From the NCBI GenBank assembly GCA_963812015.1, contig CAWETI010000003.1, positions 1,632,001 to 1,696,000 on the forward strand: a stretch of DNA of 64,000 nt, written 5' to 3'. Shown here piece by piece: positions 1 through 9,503 of the stretch (position 1 is the first letter of the stretch; every line of letters begins with the position of its first letter). The stretch is from an uncultured delta proteobacterium. Lineage in GTDB: Bacteria; Desulfobacterota; Desulfobaccia; Desulfobaccales; 0-14-0-80-60-11. The translations under genes and the position numbers were made by a program. A model generated the notes under the pieces. It was not told where the DNA came from and made no database searches. It saw only the letters and a program-made list of their open reading frames with translations.

Positions 1-1169
1 TGGTCTCGGCCAACCGCCGCCGCCTGCAGCACCGCGCCGAAGAGGGCTACCGGGGCGCCAGAATGGCCCTGAAACTCCTCTCTCGGCCGGAATACCTGCT
101 GGCCACCACTTTGCTGGGGGCTTACCTGTCCTCGGCGGCCAACACCATTCTGGTGACTATATTCCTCCTGGAAAAACTGGGGTCTATGGGAGAAGTGTCG
201 GCCATGCTCATCCTGCCCCCCCTGCTCCTGATTATCGGAGAGATCATTCCTAAATCCATCGGCCGGCAGCAAGCCACGGTGCTGGCCGAAAAGCTGGCCC
301 CGCCCCTCTGGGTAGCCTCCTGGGTCATTTATCCCATCACCCTGATATTCGGCAGCCTGAGCCGCCTGGTCCTCATCGCGGCCGGCGTCAGGAAGACCGG
401 CCAGCTTCCCTTTATTACCCGGGAGGACCTGCGCCTGGTGGTGGCCAAGAGCGGCGCCGAAATGGACCTGGAGCGTAAGGAGCGGGTCTTTATCCATCGC
501 ATCCTGCAATTTTCCCTGCGCACCGTCAAGGAAGTGATGGTGCCGCTGATTCGGGTGACGGCCATCCCGGACACCCTGACCGTGGGGCAAGCCCTGGAAG
601 AATTCCGCACCTCCCGGTTTTCCCGGCTGCCGGTCTATCATCGCCGCATCGACAACCTCATCGGGGTGCTCCATGACTTCGACCTGTTGGGCGAAGAAGG
701 CCCGGAGCGCCCCATGCGCAGCTTCATGCGTTCGGTCACCTACGTGCCGGAGCAAAAGAAAATCGACCGGCTGCTGGCGGAAATGCAGCGTCAGGGGATC
801 CACCTGACGGTGGTGGTGGACGAATACGGCGGCGCCGTGGGTATAGTCACCATTGAAGACCTGCTGGAAGAAATCGTCGGAGAGATCACCGATGAATTTG
901 ACCAGGAGGTGGCGCCCTTCAAGCAACTGGGCGAAGGCCATTACCTGATCAGCGGCAAGACCGAAATCAAGGCCTTGAACGAGACCCTGCACCTGGAACT
1001 GCCCCCGGGGGATTACGAAACCCTGGCCGGGTTCCTGATCTCCCAACTGGGGGATTTGCCCCGGGCCGGCGAGCATCTGCAATACCGCAATCTCAAGTTC
1101 ACCGTGCGCCAGGCTGAGGCCCGGGCCGTGAAGGAGGTGGAGCTTTTTGTCGACGTTGCCCCGAAGTGA
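1..1169 (+). CDS. HlyC/CorC (CNNM/hemolysin-family) membrane protein with CBS pair and CorC_HlyC domain; probably 5'-truncated by the window edge
   Basis: GEIIPKS motif, TM segments, CBS pair (VKEVMVP...FSRLPVY...[25 protein letters not shown]), C-terminal DYETLAGF; frame is open upstream of the ATG at 63. Confidence 0.9.
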   Translation, partial: VSANRRRLQHRAEEGYRGARMALKLLSRPEYLLATTLLGAYLSSAANTILVTIFLLEKLGSMGEVSAMLILPPLLLIIGEIIPKSIGRQQATVLAEKLAPPLWVASWVIYPITLIFGSLSRLVLIAAGVRKTGQLPFITREDLRLVVAKSGAEMDLERKERVFIHRILQFSLRTVKEVMVPLIRVTAIPDTLTVGQALEEFRTSRFSRLPVYHRRIDNLIGVLHDFDLLGEEGPERPMRSFMRSVTYVPEQKKIDRLLAEMQRQGIHLTVVVDEYGGAVGIVTIEDLLEEIVGEITDEFDQEVAPFKQLGEGHYLISGKTEIKALNETLHLELPPGDYETLAGFLISQLGDLPRAGEHLQYRNLKFTVRQAEARAVKEVELFVDVAPK

Positions 1170-2325
1170 GCGCTGGGCCTTTTTTGACTGTTTCGCGGGC
1201 CTCAGCGGCGACATGACCCTGGGGGCCTTGATTGACCTGGGGCTCCCGGTGGAAGAGCTGCAGGGGCTGATTGCCGCCCTGGGTCTGGCCGAGGTCTCCC
1301 TGACCGCCAGCCGGGTGGCCAAACAACACCTCACCGGCATCAAGGTGGAGATTCGCTCCCGGGAGAGCCAGCCGGCCCGCACCTACAAAGAAATCACCGC
1401 CTTGATAGAGGGGGCGCCCCTGACCGAGGGGGTCAAGACCCGGAGCCTCGCAATGTTCCGCAGCCTGGGTGAGGTTGAAGCCCGGATTCATGGCCAGCCC
1501 CTGGAAACGGTGCACTTCCACGAACTGGGGGCCCTGGACACCATCGTCGACGTGGTGGGGGTGGCGCACGGCTTAGAGCGCCTGGGGATCACCCAAGTTT
1601 TCTGCAGCCCCCTGCCCATGGGGTGGGGGATGATCGCCGCGGGCCACGGCCGCCTCCCCAACCCGGCCCCCGCCACCCTGGAGCTGTTGAAAGGCCTGCC
1701 GGTTTACGGCACCGACCTGCCCGGGGAGCTGGTTACGCCCACCGGGGCCGTCATCTTGAAGGGCTGCGAGGCCCGGTGCGAGCCTTGCCCCTCCATGACC
1801 TTGGAGCGCGTCGGCTACGGCGCCGGCAGCCGGGACCTGCCGGGCCACCCCAATCTCCTGCGCCTCTACCTGGGGACCCCCCTGGCCGCCGACTTGGGCC
1901 TCCGGGAGAAAGTGCTGGTCCTGGAAACCCACCTGGACGATATGAACCCGGAGTGGTATGAGCCCCTGGTCGCCGCCCTTTTCACCGCCGGGGCCCTGGA
2001 CGTGGCCCTGGCCCCTATTCAGATGAAGAAGCACCGCCCCGGGGTGCGCCTCACCGTGGTGGCGCCCCCGGCGGCCAAAGAAGGACTCCTGGCCCATTTA
2101 TTCGCCGACTCCACCACCCTGGGGGTGAGGGTCATGGAGGTGGAGCGGGTCACGGCCCGGCGCTGGCCGGAGACCATCGAGACCGCATACGGCCCCCTCC
2201 AGGTGAAGGTGATGGAGTACGGTGGCCGCCGCCGCCTGCTGCCGGAATACGAGGCCTGCCGCCGGATGGCCGAAGACCAGGGCTTGCCCCTGATCGAGGT
2301 CTACCGGCTGGTCCCCCGGGAATGA
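1147..2325 (+). CDS. larC: Nickel-pincer cofactor biosynthesis protein LarC (nickel insertase)
   Basis: FDCFAGLSGDMTLGAL, EARIHG...VHFHELGALDTIVD, PAPATLELL, ELVTPTGA, LETHLDD, MKKHRPG motifs. Confidence 0.93.
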   Translation: MSTLPRSERWAFFDCFAGLSGDMTLGALIDLGLPVEELQGLIAALGLAEVSLTASRVAKQHLTGIKVEIRSRESQPARTYKEITALIEGAPLTEGVKTRSLAMFRSLGEVEARIHGQPLETVHFHELGALDTIVDVVGVAHGLERLGITQVFCSPLPMGWGMIAAGHGRLPNPAPATLELLKGLPVYGTDLPGELVTPTGAVILKGCEARCEPCPSMTLERVGYGAGSRDLPGHPNLLRLYLGTPLAADLGLREKVLVLETHLDDMNPEWYEPLVAALFTAGALDVALAPIQMKKHRPGVRLTVVAPPAAKEGLLAHLFADSTTLGVRVMEVERVTARRWPETIETAYGPLQVKVMEYGGRRRLLPEYEACRRMAEDQGLPLIEVYRLVPRE

Positions 2326-3101
2326 TGCCCGGGGCTGCCCGGAAGCCGGGAACAATCTTGACACTCACCTTTTATCTGAGCCTCATCGTCATCCTCCTCA
2401 CTCAGGCGATCCCGGCTGCGGCCAAAGATTTCCTGGTGGCCATTGATATAGGCCACAGTTGCGACGTGCCAGGCGCGATCAGCGCCCGGGGGGTCGGGGA
2501 ATATTGGTTCAATAAGCGGATTGCTGAAGGAGTTAATGCCAGGATTGCGGCGCAAAAAGGCCCGATTAAATCTTTTTTGGTCAATAGTCCCATCAGCGAT
2601 CTGCCTCTGGCGGCCCGACCCCGGTTAGCCCAGGAAAAGCGGGCGGATTTATTGATTTCGATTCATCACGATTCCGTACAACCTGAATGCCTTTCTTATT
2701 GGTGTGTCCAGGGGCAAAAGCAACACTATTGTGATCTCTATCAAGGCTTTTCGCTGTATTATTCCGAGTTGAGTGGCGACCCCGATGACAGCCTGTGGTT
2801 TGCCATAGTTCTCGGCTCCGAAATGTTGAAAAATGGCTTGACGCCCAGTCTGCACCATGAGGCAAAGATGACCGGACCCGATAAGGGTTTGGTGGATAGG
2901 GAACGGGGAATTTTTAAATACAACAAACTGATCGTCTTGAAAAATGCACCTATGCCGGCAGTCTTGCTGGAATGCGGCATAATTGTTAATCGAGACGAAG
3001 AATTAGCCTTGAGCCGGGCGGAATACCAGGAGAAGATAATTACGTCTATCATTGCGGCGATTAAGAAATATTCTCAGTTTATCGGCGCTCACGCCCAATG
3101 A
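2322..3101 (+). CDS. N-acetylmuramoyl-L-alanine amidase (Amidase_3), exported
   Basis: Signal peptide; IDIGH...E...LLISIHHD...PAVLLECG zinc/catalytic motifs. Confidence 0.88.
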   Translation: MMPGAARKPGTILTLTFYLSLIVILLTQAIPAAAKDFLVAIDIGHSCDVPGAISARGVGEYWFNKRIAEGVNARIAAQKGPIKSFLVNSPISDLPLAARPRLAQEKRADLLISIHHDSVQPECLSYWCVQGQKQHYCDLYQGFSLYYSELSGDPDDSLWFAIVLGSEMLKNGLTPSLHHEAKMTGPDKGLVDRERGIFKYNKLIVLKNAPMPAVLLECGIIVNRDEELALSRAEYQEKIITSIIAAIKKYSQFIGAHAQ

Positions 3102-3197
3102 ACCGGACGGGGCGGCCAAGCTTGGCGCGCCGCGGCGCGCCCCTAAGCTCAGCCGCCACCAGGGCCGCCGGGTAATCGGCAGCCTGTCCTCTTCCCT

Positions 3198-3677
3198 TTA
3201 TAGTCCGGGCCCGGCTGCTTTTTGATCTTTTTCTTGGTCATACATCAAAGAGACGGTTTGAGAGACGCGCTTGACCCAGGTTGGATCATCTTTATTTAAA
3301 TCAACTTCATCATAGAAATCGCTAAAATCATGATCAACCAATTTGTAGGGATTATTAATACTATCTGAATCAAAAAATGTATGTCTCAATTCATGTCTTA
3401 TCACTCTTTCAATGTCGGTATCTTCACAATGCCCAAGTAATTTAATATCTAAAAGCATAATGTAATCATAACCATCTTCCGGAGCTTCATTTCGAGATAA
3501 AAACTTAACCAGGGCTGAAGGTTTTACCATTTTACCCAGAACTGTATTGCCTTTTCTCACCATCTTGCTTTTATTAACCAGGAAGAGTATTTTGGCATTA
3601 ACCAAATAAGGGAAATGTTGCGATCTGATTTTTTCACACATTTCCAGAATGTGATCAGAAACATGGTCATACTTCAT
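3198..3677 (-). CDS. Putative HExxH metallopeptidase-like protein (phage metallopeptidase-like)
   Basis: HELRH followed by LVDHDFSDF; AGGAGG RBS before ATG at 3677; AT-rich relative to flanks. Confidence 0.6.
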   Translation of the reverse strand: MKYDHVSDHILEMCEKIRSQHFPYLVNAKILFLVNKSKMVRKGNTVLGKMVKPSALVKFLSRNEAPEDGYDYIMLLDIKLLGHCEDTDIERVIRHELRHTFFDSDSINNPYKLVDHDFSDFYDEVDLNKDDPTWVKRVSQTVSLMYDQEKDQKAAGPGL

Positions 3678-3904
3678 GATAATCCTCCTTTTCATTTGGA
3701 AAAATCTAATCCATAAATATAAACGATAGATCCCCAAAGCCAAAGAGAATTTTTGGGAAACCCGGCATCGCCTCGGCTCTTTCACCACCGGTTGTCGGTC
3801 ATCCCAACCGCCGTCCGGGATTTCAACTCAATAAAAATACATGATATTTCGCTCCGCTCCGCCTGGGCATTAAGGGCAATGGCTAGTTTGCGCCAGGCCA
3901 CTAA

Positions 3905-4033
3905 CAGGCTGTTGAAAAACCATAAGTTCCCCACTTTGTCATTCTGACCGAAGGGAAGAATCTCGTATTTTCAGGTAGATGAGATCATTCGCTGCGCTCA
4001 GGATGACAAAAAAGCCGTTTTCTTAACAGCCTG
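3905..4033. mobile_element. 129-bp MITE with IS5-like terminal inverted repeats and an internal hairpin (copy 1)
   Basis: Ends CAGGCTGTTGAAAAA...TTCTTAACAGCCTG; CTAA direct repeats on both sides; internal GTCATTCTGA...TCAGGATGAC palindrome; second copy at 57587-57715. Confidence 0.75.
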
Positions 4034-4173
4034 CTAAAGGACGGCAATGCGGCCGGAGTATCGGCGAAAGGGAGACATTGGCCGGGGGGCTCGAAATAAT
4101 CAATCTAAAGCTGGAACCGGAGGGCCGGCCGGGTATAATAGCCGGGAAGGGATATTTTTTGGAGGGGTCGCTT

Positions 4174-4623
4174 ATGAACCGGAAGGTGCTCCGACTTATC
4201 GCCATCCTGGCGGCACTGAGCTGCATCGGCCCGGGCCTGGGTTGGGCCCAGGGCCAGACTGACCTGGCCGCGCAAATGAACGCCGGCTACGATCTGTTGG
4301 AACAGGGCAAATTCGACCAGGCGCAAAAGGCCTATGCCGCGGTGCTCCAAAAAGACCCGGGCCACCCTCTGGCCCTGAATAACCTCGCCGCCATCCTGGT
4401 CAAGCAAGGCAAGTATGATCAGGCCCTGGCCTATCTCAAGCAGGCCCTGCCCCGGGCCAAGGGCTTCAAGGTGGACCTCAACCGGGTGTGCAACGTCGAC
4501 GGGGTGTGCGCCGCCAGCCGCATGGGCCAGGACCAGTTCGGGTCCGAAGACCTGGAAGGGGTGGTCAAAAGCAACCTCCTGATGGTGGAAATGGCCAGGT
4601 CCTCCCGCCGGGGCCCGAAATAA
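4174..4623 (+). CDS. Exported small TPR protein
   Basis: Signal peptide ending GWA-Q; TPR units (ALNNLAAILVKQGKYDQALAYLKQAL); GGAGG RBS. Confidence 0.8.
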   Translation: MNRKVLRLIAILAALSCIGPGLGWAQGQTDLAAQMNAGYDLLEQGKFDQAQKAYAAVLQKDPGHPLALNNLAAILVKQGKYDQALAYLKQALPRAKGFKVDLNRVCNVDGVCAASRMGQDQFGSEDLEGVVKSNLLMVEMARSSRRGPK

Positions 4624-4838
4624 CCGGGACCGCCGGCGTTTCCGGCTCCGCCTCTGTTGTCTGCGGCGGCTGTCGCCAGCCCCTGGATCCCTGACTGGCC
4701 TGGGCTGCCCCGGGGCCGGCATGTCTAATGGTATCCTTTTTGCGGACCTGGGGTATAATGAAAACCTTGAGGGCGCGGCAATGGGCCGGACGTTATGCCG
4801 CGGCTCCCGGTTGATTCACTTCTTATCGGCATAACCTT

Positions 4839-6032
4839 ATGAACCGGCAATCTTTTATCACATTCCAGACCCTGGTCTTCGCCCTGGTGGCGGCGGCCCT
4901 TACCACGGTCTATATCACCCAGCCGGTGCTGCCCGTCATCCAGCATGAGTTCGGGGTCAATCCCTCCCAGGCCTCTTATACCGTCTCGGCGGTGATTTTG
5001 GGAATCGCCCTGGCCAACCTGCCCTTCGGTATGCTGGCGGATCGCTTCCCCATCCAGCGTCTCATCCTGGTGGGCGGCGCGGTGGTGGCGGCCTGCGGCT
5101 TATTTTGCGCCGTCACCTCCAGCCTGGCGCTCCTGGTGGGGGCTAGATTCATCCAGGGACTTTTTGTCCCCGCCCTGACCACCTGTCTGGCAGCCTACCT
5201 GTCCACCAATCTGCCCCTGGAGCGGTTGAACGTGGCCATGGGGTCTTATGTCTCGGCCACGGTGGCCGGCGGTTTAGGTGGACGCCTGCTGGGGGGCTGG
5301 ATTCACCCGCCCCTGCACTGGCGCTATGCCTTTATCACTGCTTCCCTGTTGGTGGTGGCCGCCACTCTGGCCGCGGTGCGCTGGCTGCCCCGGGGCAAAC
5401 TTTCCAGGGAGAGCGATGAGGCGGCCGAGGGGTTCCTGGCGCTCCTGGCCCAGCCGGAGCTGCGCCGGTCGTTTCAAGTGGCCTTTGGGGGATTTTTCAT
5501 CTTTTCCTCCATCTTCAATTACCTGCCGTTTTATCTCCATGGGCCGCCGTTCAACGCCTCCACCGAGTTCATCACGCTCTTGTACCTGTCCTATCTCATC
5601 GGGGTCGTCATCGGTCCCATGGCGGGCCAGCTCAGCAACCGCATCGGCAACGGCGGCACCATGGTCCTGGGCTCCCTGGTCCTGGCCCTGGCCATTGCCT
5701 TAACCCTCATCCAAGCAATCTTCGCCATCGTGGCGGCCCTGGTCCTGGTCTGTGCCGGTTTCTTCTCGGTGCACGCCGCGGCCGCGGGCTCCCTGAATCG
5801 TAACCTCACCTCCAGCCGCGGCCGGGCCAACTCCTTGTACGTGCTGGCCTACTACCTCGGGGGGGCGGTGGGCATCACCCTGAGCGGCTATGCCTACGGT
5901 CTGGCCGGCTGGCACGGGGTGGCCGCCCTGGGCCTCCTGATGCTGACGGTGCCCCTGGTTACGGGGTTGCGGGAAATGCGGCAGCCCGCGGCCGACGCCA
6001 ATTCGCGACAAAAGTTGAGTCCCGGCGTCTAA
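4839..6032 (+). CDS. MFS transporter (YnfM-like)
   Basis: About 12 TM segments; YITQPVLP, GMLADRF (motif A), GGRLLGG, ANSLYVLAYYLGG. Confidence 0.88.
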   Translation: MNRQSFITFQTLVFALVAAALTTVYITQPVLPVIQHEFGVNPSQASYTVSAVILGIALANLPFGMLADRFPIQRLILVGGAVVAACGLFCAVTSSLALLVGARFIQGLFVPALTTCLAAYLSTNLPLERLNVAMGSYVSATVAGGLGGRLLGGWIHPPLHWRYAFITASLLVVAATLAAVRWLPRGKLSRESDEAAEGFLALLAQPELRRSFQVAFGGFFIFSSIFNYLPFYLHGPPFNASTEFITLLYLSYLIGVVIGPMAGQLSNRIGNGGTMVLGSLVLALAIALTLIQAIFAIVAALVLVCAGFFSVHAAAAGSLNRNLTSSRGRANSLYVLAYYLGGAVGITLSGYAYGLAGWHGVAALGLLMLTVPLVTGLREMRQPAADANSRQKLSPGV

Positions 6033-6188
6033 TCGGCGATAATAAGAACAGCGGGGCTCCTCTGAAGGGCGGCGGCGGGGATGCGGCGACCTCGGCAGAT
6101 TTAAAAACTTTATCAAAATGATAATCTTATGCTTAACATTTACAGGCTGGTTGGGGTCTATATCAATGAAAGCCGGTAATGAGACCCC

Positions 6189-6782
6189 ATGACTGATGAT
6201 CAGCTCGTGGCCCGGGCCCAGGCGGGAGAACTCCCGGCCTTCGAAGAACTGGTAGTCAAGTACCAGCGGGAGATTTACGGTCTGGCCTGCCGCATGGTAT
6301 CCGATGCGGAGGAGGCTAAGGACTTGGCCCAGCAGGCCTTTCTCCAGGCCTTTGTCCACATCAAAAGTTTTCGCCAGGATGCGCAGTTTCGCACCTGGTT
6401 GTTCAGGATTGCCATCAACCAGTGCTACAATTTTTTAAAGGGCCGTAAAAAGTTTGGCGATCCGATAGACTGTGACGAAATAAGTTTGGCGGGTGACGAG
6501 CCCTCCCCGGAAGCTGAGTTGATCACCCAGGACGACCGCCGGCGGCTCCACGAAGCGTTGGAGCTGCTTCCCGCCAAGCAGCGGGCGGTGATCACCCTGA
6601 AGGTGGAGCAGGGCCTGTCTTATCAGGAAATCAGCCAGGTCCTGGGAGGGACCGCCGGCGCCGCCCGGGTTAATTACTGCCAGGCTTTAAAGACTTTGAA
6701 GAAACATATACGGAGCGAGGACGACCATGAAGTGGCAATGCGCCCTTCTACAAAGGTGGCTACCAGAGTATCCGGACGGTGA
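6189..6782 (+). CDS. ECF RNA polymerase sigma-70 factor
   Basis: Region 2 (AKDLAQQAF...FRTWLFRIAIN) and region 4 (LPAKQRAVI...GLSYQEIS). Confidence 0.92.
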   Translation: MTDDQLVARAQAGELPAFEELVVKYQREIYGLACRMVSDAEEAKDLAQQAFLQAFVHIKSFRQDAQFRTWLFRIAINQCYNFLKGRKKFGDPIDCDEISLAGDEPSPEAELITQDDRRRLHEALELLPAKQRAVITLKVEQGLSYQEISQVLGGTAGAARVNYCQALKTLKKHIRSEDDHEVAMRPSTKVATRVSGR

Positions 6783-7395
6783 TCTCCCCACGCTGGGGAA
6801 ATGGTGGCTAAGATCCCATGTGCCGCACTGCGCCGCCTGCCGCCAGGAAGTGGCGGGGCTCAGGGAGGTAGTTGCCGCCCTTGAGGCCACCCCGGCGCCG
6901 GACCCCGGCCCGGAGTTTTGGCGCGAGTTTTCCCGGGAGATGCACCTTAAGTTAGCCCAGGCCGACCATGCGGGTCAGGCCGCCCCGGAGCCGGTTCGGT
7001 CCCGGTGGCTGCGGCTGCCCTATCTCGTGGGGGCGCCGGCCCTGGCGGTGCTGCTGGTGTGGGTGGCGGTGCAGCTGACGGGGCCTGGCCTCCCGGTTCA
7101 GAACCAGCCCATGGTGAAAAGTGAGGCGGCTCCCAAGATGGCTGCCGCCCCCAAACTGTCGGCCCCGCCGCACGGGGCGGTTGCCGAGCTTGAGGGGATG
7201 GAGCCGTTTGTCCCGGTTGCCCTGGAGGATGCCGAGGCTGCGCCGGTGGAGGAAGAGGAGATTACCGGCTGGGGTCTGGATGCGGAACTGGCGGGCATGT
7301 CCGACCATGAAAAAGAAGTATTTCTCAACAAGCTGGATCAACATAAGAAGGATGGGTCATGCATCGAAAGATTCTCCTATTACTCCTGGGGTTAA
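6727..7395 (+). CDS. Membrane-bound zinc anti-sigma factor (zf-HC2)
   Basis: HxxxCxxC (HVPHCAAC), single TM segment, overlaps the ECF sigma gene. Confidence 0.8.
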   Translation: MKWQCALLQRWLPEYPDGDLPTLGKWWLRSHVPHCAACRQEVAGLREVVAALEATPAPDPGPEFWREFSREMHLKLAQADHAGQAAPEPVRSRWLRLPYLVGAPALAVLLVWVAVQLTGPGLPVQNQPMVKSEAAPKMAAAPKLSAPPHGAVAELEGMEPFVPVALEDAEAAPVEEEEITGWGLDAELAGMSDHEKEVFLNKLDQHKKDGSCIERFSYYSWG

Positions 7396-7934
7396 CCCTG
7401 GCGGGGACGAGTTGGGCCTGGGCTCAGCAGCCGGGTCAGGATTTGGGCGGCGGCTTTCAGGACCGGCTCCTGGAGGTCAAGCGGACCCAGTTGGGCCCGA
7501 CCCTGGGAGTGAACCAGCAGACGGTGGACAGGCTGCTCGCCATTGACCAGCGCTATAAGCCGATCCGGAGCCAGCTGATCCTGGGGATGCAAGCCGATAT
7601 GCGGCATCTGCAACAGCTCATGTCCCAGGCCGCCCCGCCGGAGCAGGAAGTCAAGGCCCTTCTTGCCGACATGAAGCGCAAACGGTTGGAGATGCTTAAC
7701 CTGCAACAGCGCAAGGATGAAGAAGAGTCGGCCATTCTCACCCCCATGCAGCAAGCCCGCTATATCATGTACCTTATGACCCTTCTTAAGGAAGCCCGGA
7801 ATGTCAAGCAGGGTAGCGGGAGAAATGGGGGCATGGGATCGCCGGCCCTGCGCGCCCCCCGGGAGATCCCAGTTTCCCGTCCATCCCAGCCGGCAGACCA
7901 GCAGCCGGCCATGCCCCTCCCTGCGTTTCGCTAA
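7359..7934 (+). CDS. Periplasmic Spy/CpxP-like (heavy-metal sensor family) protein
   Basis: Signal peptide, helical body, ILTPMQ (LTxxQ) motif; typical third gene of such ECF/anti-sigma operons. Confidence 0.7.
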   Translation: MHRKILLLLLGLTLAGTSWAWAQQPGQDLGGGFQDRLLEVKRTQLGPTLGVNQQTVDRLLAIDQRYKPIRSQLILGMQADMRHLQQLMSQAAPPEQEVKALLADMKRKRLEMLNLQQRKDEEESAILTPMQQARYIMYLMTLLKEARNVKQGSGRNGGMGSPALRAPREIPVSRPSQPADQQPAMPLPAFR

Positions 7935-7986
7935 AACCGGCCCGTGGCCCTGTGATCATGCAGGGCTGCGGCCGGTTTTTTTGTTT
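7933..7986 (+). terminator. Intrinsic terminator
   Basis: AAAACCGGCC...GGCCGGTTTT hairpin followed by a T run right after the stop codon. Confidence 0.7.
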
Positions 7987-7992
7987 CCCTAC

Positions 7993-8022
7993 TTGCCAAA
8001 TGCCGGTTAAGCGATTTACAAT
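7993..8022 (+). promoter_or_regulatory. Putative sigma70 promoter of tRNA-Leu
   Basis: TTGCCA-N18-TACAAT ending about 10 nt upstream of the tRNA. Confidence 0.55.
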
Positions 8023-8031
8023 AGTCCTGCT

Positions 8032-8118
8032 GCCGGAGTGGTGGAATTGGTAGACGCAGGGGACTCAAAATCCCCCGAGGGCAAGCCTGTGCCGGTTCGA
8101 GTCCGGCCTCCGGCACCA
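8032..8118 (+). tRNA. tRNA-Leu (anticodon CAA), 87 nt, long variable arm, encoded CCA
   Basis: Acceptor stem GCCGGAG/CTCCGGC, D-loop TGGTAGAC, anticodon arm GGGGA-CTCAAAA-TCCCC, T-loop GTTCGAGTC. Confidence 0.97.
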
Positions 8119-8134
8119 TAAGGAAATCAATGGG

Positions 8135-9286
8135 TTAGGCTTCGATAGCCTGACCCTTTTTTGTGGCGCATTTTTGATAGGTGTCATTATAGGTGTCATT
8201 GACTCCCGGATTTTCCCCCACCAGGGCCTTTAATTCATCCCTGCTTACCGCATTATATCGCTTGAAAACGCTCATGGTCTTGTGGCCGGTTGCCGCCATG
8301 ATCCTGAAATAGTCATGTCCCTCAAGGCGCCGGTTGTTTATGAAGGTATGCCGCAAGTCGTGAAAGTTAAAACCGTCTAACCCGGCTTTCCGGCGTGCCG
8401 CTTGAAAGGCTTCTCGAATTGAGGTTATCGGCTTCCCCTCTCTCAAAAAGACCAACACTCCCGGCAAGCCCCTGGGCATGGTCTTGAACATCTCAACCAA
8501 CTCCCCAGCCAGAGGCACAAGCCGCCCCTCATTGGTCTTGCAATCTTCAGGGGCCAGCTTAATGAATCCTTCCTTTAAGTCCACTTGGCCCCATGTAAGC
8601 CCCAGGATTTCACCTAACCTCATGCCGGTATGATAGGCCAGCTTGATTATGGGCTTGAGGTAGGGTGCTGAATGAGTCAAGAGGAGGACATACTCATCTG
8701 AGGATAGCACCCGGTCTCTGACATTGTTTTCTTTCAAGAGTTTCACGCCGTGGGTAGGATTGCGCTCCGCTTTCCCGTTCTTCACGCCTTTTGAGAAGAT
8801 GGTTTTTAGGCAAGCCATTTCCCGGTTTACGGTGGCGGGTTTTGTGGTGCTCCCCTTGTAATTGGTATCGGCAAGGCGCTTTTGCTTATAGCTTTCAACC
8901 ATCGCCGGGGTAATATCCTTCAACAACCGTTCCCCAAAGTGAGGCAAGAGTAACCTCACGCTACGCTGATCCCGGTTGTAACTCCGCTTGGCCTTTACTT
9001 CCGGAAGATCCAAATACCATTTGGCCAGTTCCTTAAATCTGGTCTTGGTATCTGGACTTTTGCGGATATACCGGCCTTCAGTCCTATCCGATAGAACCTC
9101 CCTCAGCCTCTGCTCCGCAGCCGTTTTATTGGGTCCAATCCTCTCCCGCTTACGGTAGCCGCCTACCAGATAGTCAATCCAGTAAACCCTGCCAGCCACT
9201 TTGCTTAGGTTCACCCCGCAGCGGCAACTTTTGGCCTTAGGGCTATTCCGCTTCTTGCAATCGGGGCATTCTACCAGTAGTCCCAT
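8135..9286 (-). CDS. Tyrosine integrase of island 1 with N-terminal Cys-rich ribbon
   Basis: TGMRLGEI (R), CKT (K), FHDLRH, TGHKT, RY catalytic set; adjacent to attL. Confidence 0.95.
   Translation of the reverse strand: MGLLVECPDCKKRNSPKAKSCRCGVNLSKVAGRVYWIDYLVGGYRKRERIGPNKTAAEQRLREVLSDRTEGRYIRKSPDTKTRFKELAKWYLDLPEVKAKRSYNRDQRSVRLLLPHFGERLLKDITPAMVESYKQKRLADTNYKGSTTKPATVNREMACLKTIFSKGVKNGKAERNPTHGVKLLKENNVRDRVLSSDEYVLLLTHSAPYLKPIIKLAYHTGMRLGEILGLTWGQVDLKEGFIKLAPEDCKTNEGRLVPLAGELVEMFKTMPRGLPGVLVFLREGKPITSIREAFQAARRKAGLDGFNFHDLRHTFINNRRLEGHDYFRIMAATGHKTMSVFKRYNAVSRDELKALVGENPGVNDTYNDTYQKCATKKGQAIEA
8178..8199. repeat. Putative integrase arm-type sites, left end (TAGGTGTCAT x2)
   Basis: Two 10-mers at 12-bp spacing; the same pair recurs at 21063-21084 near attR. 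Confidence 0.65.
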
Positions 9287-9473
9287 ACTTACCTCCTTGC
9301 ATTCTATGTTCCAGGGCCTCCAGAGCCAGGGGAAGCAAGGCCGGTATACGAATGGTCCCCCACTCCCACCGGGACACCGTCATGCTCCGCACCCCTAACG
9401 CCTTGGCCAGCTTCCCTTGACTTAAACCCCTGCGTGTGCGCCAGTCTTTGAACTCCCGGTTCGTCATGGTCAT
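9243..9473 (-). CDS. Small XRE-family HTH regulator overlapping the integrase start
   Basis: GLSQGKLAKALGVRSMTVSRWEWG helix-turn-helix. Confidence 0.85.
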   Translation of the reverse strand: MTMTNREFKDWRTRRGLSQGKLAKALGVRSMTVSRWEWGTIRIPALLPLALEALEHRMQGGKYGTTGRMPRLQEAE

Positions 9474-9476
9474 CTA

Positions 9477-9503
9477 TATATACTATCAGTATATAGTAGT
9501 CAA
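9477..9503 (-). promoter_or_regulatory. Promoter/operator of xre-int: palindrome TATATACT-N3-AGTATATA
   Basis: Perfect 8-bp inverted repeat 9477-9495; TTGACT and extended -10-like TGATAGTAT on the minus strand just upstream of ATG 9473. Confidence 0.55.

Noticed and set aside
7931..8119. 62-aa minus-strand ORF
   Set aside because: Antisense shadow of the tRNA-Leu gene
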